55,525 nucleotides of DNA from Octopus bimaculoides (Eukaryota), in NCBI RefSeq assembly GCF_001194135.2, contig NC_068990.1:84997557-85053081 (forward strand), written 5' to 3'. Shown piece after piece: positions 1-13,395 of the stretch. A model generated the notes under the pieces. The model saw only the letters and a list, made by a program, of their open reading frames with translations, ran no database searches and was not told where the DNA came from. The translations under genes were made by a program, and so were the position numbers. Within the stretch, counting starts at the first letter, position 1. Each line of letters opens with the position of its first letter.

Positions 1-310
1 AAATACAAAGACCTGGAAATAGAGGTAACTCGAATGTGGAATCTAAAAACAGAAACAATTCCTATCATAGTAGGTGCCTTAGGTATAATAAAAAAATATT
101 CAGACAAATACATAACAAAAACACCAGGACTTACAAATATATATAACATACAGAAAATTGCACTACTGGGCACTGCACACATCCTACGCAAAACACTTTC
201 AATACAGTAATCATAAGAGCATCACAGCAAACCACAGCACATACCCAAGGCGCACAGAGCTGCGCTCGGTAGTGAAGTGAAAGCACGTTATAAAAATAAA
301 ACTACTGAAC
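1..310 (+). mobile_element. 3' end of an R4/Dong-like (RLE-endonuclease) non-LTR retrotransposon: ORF C-terminus 1-210, 3' UTR 211-310
   Basis: Frame 1 is open from 1 to 210: KYKDLEIEVTRMWNLKTETIPIIVGALGIIKK...IQKIALLGTAHILRKTLSIQ*. This matches the KYxDL / VPIxVGALG / QKxALLGTAxILR C-terminal RLE signature of R4/Dong elements. (TAA)n follows immediately. About 96% identical to 4491-4798 by manual alignment. Confidence 0.85.

Positions 311-348
<38 letters not shown>
311..348 (+). repeat. (TAA)n microsatellite at the 3' junction of the R4/Dong-like copy
   Basis: Read directly from the sequence. Confidence 0.95.
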
Positions 349-357
349 GTGTTACTT

Positions 358-745
358 ATGTCCTCATGATCCGCGCCCGATGTCAAAATGCCGACATCAT
401 GACTGCTGCTCAATGCTCTCTGAACACTGTAAAGGCTGTAAGACGTCAGTCGGACAGCTGCAACGGAGACTACGAAGCCATGGCCAGTAGGAAGAGACAC
501 AACAGACGTTATGACTGTGCCCACTCGCTTCTTGAATTTGCTCCCCCATCTCTGAGAAAGGCCTTAAGCAGTTGGAGATCGGATCAAACCCTGGCTGGAG
601 AGGGATACTGCTGGAAGCCCATGTGTGGCAGCAGGATTCAGATCCTTGCCATACCTTTAGAAAGAGTCAGATGTGGTTGTCGAAGAATTTCTGATTTTCT
701 AATTCCTTCGATTGAAATATCATGGATATTACAAATGTGCGAGGT
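358..745 (+). mobile_element. Degenerate, internally deleted Tc1/mariner (maT/DD37D-like) transposase relic, copy 1
   Basis: N-terminal IMTAAQCSLNTVKAVRR, then after a frameshift VWQQDSDPCHTFRKSQMWLSKNF...NSFDxNIMD. Homologous to 34579-35240. Confidence 0.75.
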
Positions 746-854
746 TTTTGTTGTTGTGTACTTGGCGAGGCAAGAGGGACCTGTATATGTGGATGATGCG
801 GCCAGTCAACACTCTGCTCTGGTACGAATAGTTATCGTTTTGAAAGGAGGGAGG

Positions 855-856
<2 letters not shown>

Positions 857-905
<49 letters not shown>
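857..905 (+). repeat. (AG)n microsatellite
   Basis: Read directly; it accounts for the RERE tract in ORF 366-944. Confidence 0.95.
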
Positions 906-907
<2 letters not shown>

Positions 908-986
908 GTCAAAAGAGATGACACTTCCTAGCTATTTGGTCTGATTGCGTTCTCTCCATGTAAATTTGCATTCTTTACATTGCACA

Positions 987-1017
987 CAGAGGAGTTGAAC
1001 AAAATAATGGAAACATC
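987..1017 (+). mobile_element. Tc1-type TIR fragment
   Basis: cagaggagttgaacaaaataatggaaacatc resembles TA-CAGGGGTTGGACAAAATAATGGAAACACC at 46188-46218. Confidence 0.5.
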
Positions 1018-1293
1018 TCTTTCTATTGAACTATTTTTTCTGTTGGAAATATGACAAATTTTAAAATGTTTTAGTCTGTATATCTATATATGTTCATATG
1101 CATTATATATGCTTTGCACTTCCTAATATTGCCCCCTGTTTCTTTTTTTGTTCGTAGAGATTTTAATTATTTAAATAGTTGAAATCCGTGACCTGTCTGA
1201 TTTCCTAATTGTATAATGTTTCGAGAGGTATAGACTCTAAAAACCATGTTAGTATTCCAAAACCAAAGTAAAACCAGCTCTTATTATAATATG

Positions 1294-1338
<45 letters not shown>

Positions 1339-2428
1339 CATATGTATACAGAGATACAAATCTCTCTTTTCAAGGAAGATGTGTTACAACTTTGAATATG
1401 ATTAATACTAAAACATTTACCAAGGTTTTGAAGGTTGGTAATGCATTTCAAAATTCTACCATTGAAACTAAACAACAACACAAAGTTTCGAATTTTCAAC
1501 ACTCATTACCAAGAATTAGCTAAAATCCCTTTTTACACACTCAATTTTTACCACATACACACACATAAACATATTCATTCACATACATACATACATACCT
1601 ATATACATTCCCATATAAGCACACGTACACATATATGTACACATATATGTACACATATATACGTGTGAATACTTGTGCGAATGGTAATTACAGAAGTGGT
1701 TCAGTAGTGCTGGTAGCTGGGTGTAAGACATCTAACTCACAGTTACAGGTTAAGAATAGGCCCTGATTGAAGTTGCGAAAGGTCAAATATAATGGTGTTG
1801 GAATAAGTGTCAGCTAATGTCCTCAGTCGTCACAAATGCAATGAAATGAAGTCACTAGTCACATATTCTATCAATGAACCTACATATTTTTGAGAGGAAA
1901 GGGAATGATAGGTATATAGAGAGGTGTGGAGAAAGACTGAGAAGAGAGAGAGAGAGAGACGAGACAGGGAAATGGGAACAAGAGATGCCAAATAATAGAC
2001 GAGAAAGATAAACGGAGAAAGGAAGATGTGTAAAAGAGAAAAAGCGTAAGGTTATACACAGACAAGAGAGAGGAATCCATGATAGATAATGAGAGGGAGA
2101 GTGGGGAGTAATAGAATTATTACAGAGAGTGAGAAAGGCAGAGAGGGGAATAATAAAATGATTGAAGAGAGAAAGAAGGGGAAGGAAGATAAAGGAAGGT
2201 AAAGTAAGATAAAGTGAGACAGAAAATAGAAACAAAAAAAGATAGAAAGAAAAGAGGTATTCGAAAGAGAGAGAGAGAGAAGAAAGAAACTTAGAAGCTG
2301 CATATACGCGTATAATTCTTTCCACTATAGGCACAATGCGTAAAATTTATGGTGGGAAGAGGATGAATAGACCACATCGACCCCAGTGCTCCACTGGTAT
2401 TTCTTTTATTGACCCCGGAAAATTATGC

Positions 2429-2473
<45 letters not shown>

Positions 2474-2681
2474 TATCGTGCGTTAAATTCAACTTACGTT
2501 GGAAGACAACAAACAGAGTTTGCTTTGGAAGCGTTGAGATGTATTGAAAGACACAGATAAGGAAATAATTTTATTCTCAATGGCCGCCAACAGATTTTTC
2601 TGCAAAATAGGGATAGTTTATCCTGTTCATGCTATATTATTAGCATCATCCTGCGTTTGAGAATAAAATTATTTTCTTATC

Positions 2682-2729
<48 letters not shown>

Positions 2730-2732
2730 AAC

Positions 2733-2985
2733 AATTGCAGTCGTCGAAGGTGTTTATAAACCATTTAAAAACACAAAAAAAAAACCCCGTTAGATTCACT
2801 TCAATATTTAAATTCAATTTGAGCCAAAATATTTTCGTTGCTTTGAAGTTTTGTCGGCGAACAGGTCGCGATTTCAAAGTGACGAAAATATTTTGACACA
2901 AATTAAATTTAAATGTAGAACTGAATCTAACGTTTTTTTCTATTGTGTTTTCAAATGGCTTATAAACACCTTCCACGCTGCAATT
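2733..2985. mobile_element. About 250-bp palindromic fold-back element (MITE-like)
   Basis: The arms are reverse complements along almost their whole length (gaaggtgtttataaaccatttaaaaacacaa / ttgtgttttcaaatggcttataaacaccttc). ORFs 2657+ and 2677- give similar peptides. Ends read aattgcag...ctgcaatt. Confidence 0.85.
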
Positions 2986-3483
2986 ATTTTTGTTTCAGTA
3001 CACGATCTCAGATCAAGTCACTTGCTATGCAGGTACATATCCGTAATATATATATGTACTTGACTGGTATTTTATTTCATTGATGCCGGAAGGAGAAATG
3101 GCAAAATCGATCTCGGTGGGATTTGAAACTGGAACATAAAGAACCGCAAATAAATTCAGCGATGATTTAACGATTCTGTCAACCAGACTAAATACTTCGC
3201 ATCATTTAGTTATGTCATCTCAACCTCATGTTATGAAATCAAATTCGACCTGGGTGCATTATGCTTGCTTCTTTCAGTGATCGATAAACTGAGGTCGATT
3301 TAATCGATTATTGATGTTGATACATACTGCTATCAAAATAAGTGGTCTTATGCCAACTATCAGAAATCATTTGTATTGATGATGCTAGAGGATTGGTGGG
3401 GAGGGGAGAGGATGAGTAACCTAGGGTTAAACAATAAAAGCAGTAGCAAATTTAGCTGCGACAACAACATTGACGTCTACGTA

Positions 3484-3655
3484 ATAGCGTGACTTGCTAG
3501 AAATAGCAACCAAAACAAACCTGAAATATCTTGAACAAGTGCGCACTTATAAACACAGTCTTAGATACTAACAAGAGGACAAATTGGTCACGGTTGGAAG
3601 GTGTTTGATCATAACTCTGCTCAATCAAGGTTGATTCAAGACTAAACAACACAGT
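3484..3655 (+). repeat. Degenerate interspersed repeat (probable SINE 3' module), related to 22290-22500, 33695-33730 and 43155-43210
   Basis: Shared motif gctagaaatagcaaccaaa, and in the longer copies gtcacggttggaa...tgatc...ctgctc...gactaaaca. Confidence 0.55.
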
Positions 3656-4284
3656 CGGTAACAACTACTATCAGCTGGTTCTAAATTATCGACCTTCCTA
3701 AACAACGAAAGGCAGTCTACCCCAGCGATAGGAAATGAACTCAGAATAAAAAAAACAAACAAGCAAAACAAAAACAAAGCCATATGAAAATAAATACTGT
3801 TTGATATTTAGTTCAATGGCTCTAAATTGTATTTTCAGGGAAAATACTTGCCTTCAAGTTGAATGTACTCGATTTGCGAACGCCAACTATTCAAGAACTT
3901 ATTTATCTATCAAAATCCATACCATATTTTATCAACTACAGCGCTGTTGGTTAAAAGTTTTCGATGAGCTAGTAATTATTAGATAATTGTGTAGCACATT
4001 TTCCAGCGGTATTTTCGTCACTCCATCAAATCTCGATTTATTGTTGGCTTTCTATATTTCGATGTGTTTACGAATATCTTTGTGTACTCATTGTCATGGT
4101 ACTTTTCTATTTCAACTATTTGAATGATTGGCAACATGAGATCAGTGCTACCATTGAAGGACTGCAGCTTATAATAATAACACCAACAAGACACAAGGAC
4201 TGAGATTTTGGGAGAGGAAACCAGTCAACTACATCGACACTAGTGCTCAACTGGTATTTATATCAACAATAATGATGATGACGA

Positions 4285-4440
4285 TAATGGGTTCTGATTT
4301 AGGCAAAAGTGCTGAGATTCTAAAGGAAGGGGATCAGTCGATTACATCTATCCTAATGCTCAACTGGTACTTATTTTATCGATCCCGAAAGGTGAAAAGC
4401 AAGGTCGACTTCACCTACATTTGAACTCAGAACGTAAAGA
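4285..4440 (-). mobile_element. SINE family A fragment, broken at the R4/Dong-like insertion
   Basis: Contains gtcgattacatc...actggtacttattttatcgatcccgaaagg...tttgaactcagaacgtaaaga and stops where the retrotransposon begins. Confidence 0.8.
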
Positions 4441-4798
4441 GATACCAGCAGATGACAACGTTTCTCTAAAAGAAATGGAGAAGCTTTCAAAATATAAAGA
4501 CCTGGAAATAGAGGTAACTCGAATGTGGAATCTAAAAACAGAAACAATTCCTATCATAGTAGGCGCCTTAGGTATGATAAAAAATATTCAGACAAATACA
4601 TAACAAAAACACCAGGACTTACAAATATATATAACATACAGAAAATTGCACTACTGGGCACTGCACACATCCTACGCAAATCACTTTCAATACAGTAACC
4701 ATAAGAGCATCACAGCAAACCACAGCACATACCCAAGACACACAGAGCTGCACTCGGTAGTGAAGTGAAAGCACGCTATAAAACTAAAACTACTGAAT
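4441..4798 (+). mobile_element. 5'-truncated R4/Dong-like retrotransposon, copy 2
   Basis: IPADDNVSLKEMEKLSKYKDLEIEVTRMWNLKTETIPIIVGALG, with a 1-nt deletion relative to copy 1. Same 3' UTR, then a gap and a long (TAA)n at 5161-5275. Confidence 0.85.
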
Positions 4799-5160
4799 NN
4801 NNNNNNNNNNNNNNNNNNNNNNNNNNNNNNNNNNNNNNNNNNNNNNNNNNNNNNNNNNNNNNNNNNNNNNNNNNNNNNNNNNNNNNNNNNNNNNNNNNNN
4901 NNNNNNNNNNNNNNNNNNNNNNNNNNNNNNNNNNNNNNNNNNNNNNNNNNNNNNNNNNNNNNNNNNNNNNNNNNNNNNNNNNNNNNNNNNNNNNNNNNNN
5001 NNNNNNNNNNNNNNNNNNNNNNNNNNNNNNNNNNNNNNNNNNNNNNNNNNNNNNNNNNNNNNNNNNNNNNNNNNNNNNNNNNNNNNNNNNNNNNNNNNNN
5101 NNNNNNNNNNNNNNNNNNNNNNNNNNNNNNNNNNNNNNNNNNNNNNNNNNNNNNNNNNNN

Positions 5161-5277
<117 letters not shown>

Positions 5278-7350
5278 AACAACAAAGCAATAAAATTTTG
5301 TGTAAAGGAAAAGAAAAGCAAGAAATGGCAATTCAAAAGTAAGCCATCGGTGGCTTGAGAGGAGCGTTGGAGAAAATGCCTTTAATCTGGGATGGAAACC
5401 GTGTCTCGAACGTCGCTTCTGGCAATACTTTTCCTTACACTCAGATACTCAGACACTCGCATATACTTACATATAGACACGCATACACATATATACATAT
5501 ACATACGTTCACCCAAAAACATACAAATTACATCACACTTGTTACAACATACACGCATATATATACATACACAAAGACGTATATACATGTGCAGAAGCGT
5601 ACATGAGCGCTAACACATGCATGCACACATTCACACACTAACACACACACACGTACTACATACACAGAGAATATTTGGGGGGGGGGGGGNNNNNNNNNNN
5701 NNNNNNNNNNNNNNNNNNNNNNNNNNNNNNNNNNNNNNNNNNNNNNNNNNNNNNNNNNNNNNNNNNNNNNNNNNNNNNNNNNNNNNNNNNNNNNNNNNNN
5801 NNNNNNNNNNNNNNNNNNNNNNNNNNNNNNNNNNNNNNNNNNNNNNNNNNNNNNNNNNNNNNNNNNNNNNNNNNNNNNNNNNNNNNNNNNNNNNNNNNNN
5901 NNNNNNNNNNNNNNNNNNNNNNNNNNNNNNNNNNNNNNNNNNNNNNNNNNNNNNNNNNNNNNNNNNNNNNNNNNNNNNNNNNNNNNNNNNNNNNNNNNNN
6001 NNNNNNNNNNNNNNNNNNNNNNNNNNNNNNNNNNNNNNNNNNNNNNNNNNNNNNNNNNNNNNNNNNNNNNNNNNNNNNNNNNNNNNNNNNNNNNNNNNNN
6101 NNNNNNNNNNNNNNNNNNNNNNNNNNNNNNNNNNNNNNNNNNNNNNNNNNNNNNNNNNNNNNNNNNNNNNNNNNNNNNNNNNNNNNNNNNNNNNNNNNNN
6201 NNNNNNNNNNNNNNNNNNNNNNNNNNNNNNNNNNNNNNNNNNNNNNNNNNNNNNNNNNNNNNNNNNNNNNNNNNNNNNNNNNNNNNNNNNNNNNNNNNNN
6301 NNNNNNNNNNNNNNNNNNNNNNNNNNNNNNNNNNNNNNNNNNNNNNNNNNNNNNNNNNNNNNNNNNNNNNNNNNNNNNNNNNNNNNNNNNNNNNNNNNNN
6401 NNNNNNNNNNNNNNNNNNNNNNNNNNNNNNNNNNNNNNNNNNNNNNNNNNNNNNNNNNNNNNNNNNNNNNNNNNNNNNNNNNNNNTGATAGTGGTAGTAG
6501 TAATTCTGTTGGTAGCTTTGGTATTGATGGTGGTGGTGATGGGGGAAAAGAGTGGTGGTAATAGTTGCAGTGGAATTGATGGTGGTGGTGGTGGTAGTGG
6601 TAGTGGTGGTGGTGGTGGTGATGATGGTAGATCAATATAATTGCCGCGATATGTCTTCTCCGGTGTCTTCTTTTCCCCTTTTCTTTAAGTTTTTTTCTCT
6701 TCTGGTCGGAAGAGAAAGAGACGGTCTCTTCAAAATAGCAACACTGTACGTACGTGTGTCTATGAGTGGGTGTGTGTGTAGGTGTGTCTGCGAATATGTG
6801 TATGTCAGAGTCTCAAAGAGTGTGTGGGTATTTGTACGATGCGTGTGTGTATGTCTAAGTTAATATATGAAAGCCTGAATATATGTACGTATGTATGTAT
6901 TTGTGTAAGAAGATGTGTATATGTGAATATGTGTGTATATGTGTGCGTATGTATTTTTCTCTATATGTACGTGTGATAGAAGGTGTATATTTGTGCGTGT
7001 GAGACAGCTTCTTCCAGCCAAATACTACAATAACAACACTTTTGATGTTATGATATCGCCGCCACACATAGGTAGCTGTCGTTGTGGTAGTGAACAGTTC
7101 CCTTCCATTGGGGAGACCGATGTCTGTGGTAGAGATGATGCTGAAGAGATAGAGAAAAAGATTATATATATATATATATAAAGCTCACTCTCTCTATATA
7201 TAAAGCTATATATATATAAATAAATAAATATATATACATATGCATATCAATACATGTATATAAATATATATATAGTGACGTCACTTAATTTAACGACAAG
7301 AGTATACTGATGATTAAGCATCATTTCCGCTTATTTAATGACTTATATGT

Positions 7351-7410
<60 letters not shown>

Positions 7411-9761
7411 ACACACACACACACAAACACAAACACACACACATGTTTAGTGCTAAGAGCCAGTGAACGAAACTCTAGGCCCTTGAGTAACTTTGAAAAT
7501 TCTGCCGATTAAATAATAAAAATAAAACATAAAAAGAGAATTTACTTCATTAAATGATTCATGATTAAATACGAAAATTTTAATTTACATAATGCAAATT
7601 AATGACCATTAACAACATCACAAAAAAAAAAAGAAAGAAAAAATGGACGGTACTCAATTTTAAAAACATTTTAGAAAAAATAGTTTAATTTTCGTATTCG
7701 ATATTATACGCTAATTAAGACACTGTTGATGACTCGTCGACTATTTTAAGATCTGTTGTGATGAGTAACTGGAGAAAAGCTTATTAGAAATGCGATCGAG
7801 AATTGACCAATAACATAGGTGAGATTGAACTCTTCGAGCCAAAGCTGTTGTAATTGGAGCGATGTTTATTAGCTGGTGGCTACCCATGCTGTGGACATAT
7901 TCAGTGAAGATCAGGGTAAATGTGAAAAGCTACTGAAAGGGTAGATCGGACACATTCCACCGTTTGTGGATGAAGAGCAGAAAATGACTGCCGTTCACAT
8001 TTTGAACGACGCTCAAGAGAAACGCTACATGAAAATTGGTGACAGTATCAACAAATATTAACTAAAACAGTTTAGTATTATGGGATGTTTTGCGCGTAAT
8101 AATAATAATAATAATAATAATCCTTTCTACTATAGGCGGAGGCTTACAGCGCGCCGATGATCAACCTGGAATTTCTATCTAGCCTTGTTGCAGTCCCTGT
8201 ACTATGGTCGGACAGTTGTTGATCATGTTGGTTCAGACACCCTTTGATACACTTTGTTTTGCTCTGCTGGTTTCGAGCAATTCTCCGCAGCAGGTTAGCC
8301 TGGCAGGGTTGCCCTTTATCTGTTGGTGATTCAACTAAACCATAGGTGTAACTGTCAGTACTTCTGTTGCAAAAATGTCGCCAGCTCACTCAATTCCATT
8401 TATGCAAAATATTTGCCGAGCAATGGCAGTATCCTCACTGAAGGCACTTGTAACTGTAGTGCTCGCCTAATGGAAATTGTCTCGGCGGTTTTTTTAGCGA
8501 ACTATTACCAAGTAGTATTGAACAGTCACTCTCAAACAAAAATATTTTAGTCAAGATGTTTGTCTCAGAGAAATTCTTTAATGAACCCCAAAGAGAAAAC
8601 ACTCGACTGATCTTTCGAGATGTATTTGGAGATTAAAGAAACTTGTGACAGTATCTTTTAATATAACTTGGATCTATTCATTTTTTTGTGTTCTTTTTTT
8701 TTTTATGAGCATGCTAAAAGCAGAAATAAGTTGAGCTGTCATTTATGCTTAACCGATAAGGTTTTTAAATAGCATCAGAGAACGGAAAGAACTAGAATTG
8801 AAGAAATGCTATTCTTTGTAATTGTTAGCATAAAGCAAAATAGCTGATGTGCAATTTTCAAAAAAACGGATACAAGATAGTCAACAAGTTTCTGAATTCA
8901 TTGTTTCTATTTTCATTTTTGTTTACTTTTTTTTTTTTATACCTATATCTATTTCTTTCTTTCATCGGACTACGGGCTGTTTATTGTGTCTCTTTGAATG
9001 AAGAGCGAGTTTTGAGCGCATTCTCTCACTATATACTTCATTATTCTCTTTTTCTATCACAATCGGTTTTCTCTCTTTTTCTTTTTTATCTTTCCTTCAT
9101 ATTGTAGTATTTTGTAGATTTAAGCATGACTCACGTTTTCTGAATGAACAAAAACACCGGCAAGCATTCTGATTAAATCACAATACCATTATTTATATTG
9201 TTATTCCTTATATTTAAGTTAGTTGATTCTATCTTTCTACAAGCTCCAATCAAATTTCCTTTTTTTTATTCCTACCGTCTGAGTCTCCTTAACTGGTTTA
9301 TGTTTTATTCCTCAAATTTCATTCGAAGACCAGAAGCATAAAATTTAGAATCATGAACGATGAGGTTTCAGCTTTAATACATTGCAACGTGATTTTCAAT
9401 ATTGAATACTTCTCTTTTACTTACACTGAAGTCTACATTCAAGTTTTAACACACAACACACAGGCACACTCGGAGACATATACACATATTTCTTTATAGG
9501 TTTCAGTCACTGAACTGCGTCTGTGTGTTTCATTGGATGGAGAATAGCATTATAGGTCTTCTTGATTGTTTGGTGCAATCTTTTTTAGCTTAGTTTAACC
9601 GTGTCACCTGGTTAGTTTACTGCTGCAAAGTTCGCCTTGACTATCACCTTCAGCGCCAGTTTATTGAAAGCTGTATAGATTTATCTTTTGTGGATTTTCA
9701 ATGTGCGCACATTCTCGTTCTTTGAAATTATGTGGCCGTCAACTCTAAACGGAGCTACACT

Positions 9762-10022
9762 GTTGTTGTTGGAGATTCAGCGTGACACAGAGCGTGACAA
9801 GGCTGACCCTTTGAATTAAAGGCACAACAGAAACAGGAAGTAAGAGTGAGAGAAAGTTGTGGTGAAAGAGTACAGCAGGGTTCGCCACCATCCCCTGCCG
9901 GAGCCTCGTGGAGCTTTAGGTGTTTTCGCTCAATAAACATTCACAACGCCCGGTCTGGGAATCGAAACCGCGATCCTATGACCGCGAGTCCGCTGCCCTA
10001 ACCACTGGGCCATTGCTCCTCC
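9762..10022 (-). mobile_element. SINE family B, complete short form (261 bp) with 13-bp TSD
   Basis: tRNA-like head (GGAGGAGCAATGGCCCAGTGGTTAGG...GTTTCGATTCCC) and (CAA)n tail. TSD ACGGAGCTACACT at 9749-9761 and 10023-10035. Confidence 0.9.
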
Positions 10023-11877
10023 ACGGAGCTACACTAATGCCAATAAAAGAGCTGGGCAAGAACAAGCCTTGAAATGATAATTCAGCTTCATAAAAGCTAC
10101 CCTTTTCACTCAGTTGAGTCATACAGGAAACGATTAATTACAGCGTGCATCTATCTGTCTGTCAGTCTGTCTATTTATCTATCTACACAAATACATTTTC
10201 TTTTATATTACATGCAGATTGCATTGTAGGGCATTGCTCATCAGCTGGCAACCGGAAGGAACAGTGACTGGCAAGTTCCGGCAGTGTCGCACTCACAAGC
10301 GTTGCTGAACAGTATGGACGCTACCAGGAAATAGCCAAGTTCTTTCAAGCCAAGTTCTTTCAACCCAAAGTGTAGCAGGCTTTTCCATCTGCGTTATCCA
10401 TGAAGCCACAACATAAAAAAAACAGGGCAATTGTAACTAACTCCAACCATTCAGCAACAATCCTGTATCACTACTTGGTGTGGATTTTAGGAGAGTAGGA
10501 TGTGATTTGAGGGAGATATGATTTCTATTTATTGCACATCGAAGGCCACGTAGATATATGTGAATATGTGTGTGTATGTGCGCTCGTGTATAGTTGGGCT
10601 TTATTTGTTTGAAGTCTTCATGTAAAGGAAACATTTCTCTAAGAACATTGATATTTACGCAATTAAGTGTATATATGTATATATGTATATATATATAAGT
10701 TTGTACAAAGCATGTGTTATGTATGTTTGTATATTTGCGCACATGTATATACGTGCGCATCTATGTATTTAAATACGTATGAATCTATGTATATAGGAAT
10801 GATGAATGTACGTGTGTTATTAGGTTTATAAGGATCCGAGTAGAATGTTTGGAATTTGTATCGTAAGGCATTTATGAAAGGGCTACACATGTCCATCTTC
10901 CTTTCCCCTCCCTCCTCATATATATATATATATGCAACATAGACATATGTTGTATGTATGAAATTATATTTAAAAAATGGATCTCGGTTGGTTTCGACGA
11001 TGAGTAATCTAGTTGTTCGCTCAACTACACTAGCTATTCAGTGTACTATTCTGTAAGTGACTGAATATTCCGCTAACGTAATTCCCTGGCAGAACCAGCG
11101 TGACACAGTGTGTGAAAGACAAAGCTGGTCTTATGAATTACGGATGCAATCCATTCAACAGATGTTCACCCAGTTTCTGTCAGTCCAATTTCACTTACCA
11201 GGTCAGGGACGACCCAATAATTTAATAAAAGACGCAAGCCATAAATGTCACGTAGTGAGATCGAACATGAAAGCTCATATATCCAAGGTGCACGTTTTAA
11301 GTACTCGTCCGTTTTTTTCTATGAATTTTGCATCTTCAAGTCTAATCTTAAAATTCTATAGATAGTCGTCACCATTTGATCAAATATACTTAATTAACAT
11401 TTTCTAGTATTCTCTGAATAAGATAAATTCCATTTTGATGGATCTGAACATTCTCTGCGAGTACATTTGTAGAAACGGGTGTGGCCAGGGGATTAACCCA
11501 TTGCCTGGCATGAACCCCATTTAGGGATCAGCTAAAAACAGTCTCACTGCCAGTTGTTCGTTGTATTTAAAGTGAATTGCTTATGTATATTGCATTTGCA
11601 GAGGTTTATTTAACAATATTTGGCAGTTAATGTTTGTTATTATTGGCTCTGGCTAATTCCAGAGGACATTTTATGTCAAAAATCGCAAGTTTTGAACTAC
11701 AAAAATATTGATTGTTTGGAAAAGGTTTTTTGTTTTTTGCATTTTCCATCTATATCAGTCATTGATATTCTATACACATTCGCATTTCATTCTATAGTTT
11801 TCAAGAAAAAAAAAATCACTAAAATGTTTATTATTGTAATTGAATAGAAAAGGATAAATTTGCTTTTTTCTCAGCGA

Positions 11878-12095
11878 TCCCTGAGAACCACGTTTAAGGG
11901 TAAGCGAGTCTGTGGAGCGCTCACTTGTATCTGTATTTCAAAGACACTCTTTGTCACGCCGAATCTCCCCGAGAACCACGTTTAAAGGTAGGTGAGTCTA
12001 TGGAGTGCTCAGCCACTTGTACATTAATTTCCTGAGCAGGCTGTTCCGTTGATCGGGTCAACTGGAAGACTCGTCGTCGTAACCGACGGAGTGTC
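11878..12095 (+). mobile_element. SINE family B 3' module with an internal duplication
   Basis: gagaaccacgtttaa(g/a)ggta...gtg/atggag.gctca occurs twice; matches 29620-29745. Confidence 0.75.
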
Positions 12096-13029
12096 AATTT
12101 TAGCATACATATGTACGCGTGTGCGTAGAAGTTAGAAAAAATAAATTACACTAAAATAGGGGATTAATCTAACTCGATGTAATCGACTAAGCCCCTACAG
12201 TTCAATGGCTAAAATTGTTAAAAGAATGTGTGCGCGTATGAATATGTGTCTTTCTTTAAACTCACATTTAATTATATTGCATTAAAACTGTGAACCGAGA
12301 AAATGGCGATAGATTAACGAAACGCTAATACGCCATTCCAAATGGCTTAACGGTGTCAAACATACTTAACATCATTCTACGTTCTGATATTAAAGTCTTG
12401 CGACGATCTGTCCTTTTTTATTATCCTTCTGTTTTGAAAGTCCTTAAAGTAAGGGCCAGTTACGTTACTGGAGACAATCGGTTATACAATTCCCCACCAC
12501 AAATTTAGGATTCTGTAAATATGTGACGAAACACATTAATGTCAACTGAAATAACAGTCTTTCCCCTCGTTTAGCCGTAACAACATCAAAGGAAAAGACA
12601 GGTTAATGGGAGAAGAAAAATAGTGGATAGGCAGGTGCGATAGTATACGACTGTGTGNNNNNNNNNNTTATAGCCTGTAGCTATCTCCCGGAATTAATAA
12701 ATTAATCTGGACAGCTGGTGCATACTATGTAAATGCGAGGGTGCACAAACTCATATGAACATGCACACACACACACACATATATACGTACATAAATATTA
12801 TATACGTATATATATAAATACGTATATAAGTATTACATACATATACATACACGCAAAGCTCAGAAGGCCTATTCATTTCTGAAGATAGGTGTGATTTGAA
12901 ATCAGGACACACAGAGCCGAAACAGAATTTGCCAAATATCTCGTCCGATGCGCTAACATTCTGTCATTCTATTTTTCTGAATTCGTACTTCTTTTTATCG
13001 ACCTCCGAAAGATGAAGGACAAATTTGGT

Positions 13030-13395
13030 TACGTTCTGAGTTCAAATTCCACCTAGGGTCGACTTTGCCTTTCATCCTTTCGGGGTCGATAAATTAAGTA
13101 CCAGTTACGCACTGGAGTCAATGTAATCGACTTAATACCTTTGTCTGTCCTTGTTTGTCCCCTCTATGTTTAGCCCCTTGTGGGCAGTAAAGAAATAAGA
13201 AACGTTAGCACGCCGGGCGAAATGCTTCGCGGTATTTCGTCTTCCAGTACGCTCTGAGTTCAAATTCCGCCGAGGTCGACTTTGCCTTTCATCCTTTCGG
13301 AGTCGATACATTAAGTACCAGTTACGCACTGGGGTCGATGTAATCGATTGGCCCCTTCCCCCAAAATTTCGAGCCTTGTGCCTTAGAGTAGAAAA
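13030..13395 (+). mobile_element. Dimeric SINE family A (left unit, linker, right unit, tail)
   Basis: Two tandem copies of gttctgagttcaaattcc...gtcgatgtaatcga joined by a pyrimidine-rich linker at about 13131-13200. Confidence 0.85.

Noticed and set aside
3417-3429. taacctagggtta resembling the telomeric junction
   Set aside because: It is a single short match with no flanking array or TIR, consistent with chance.
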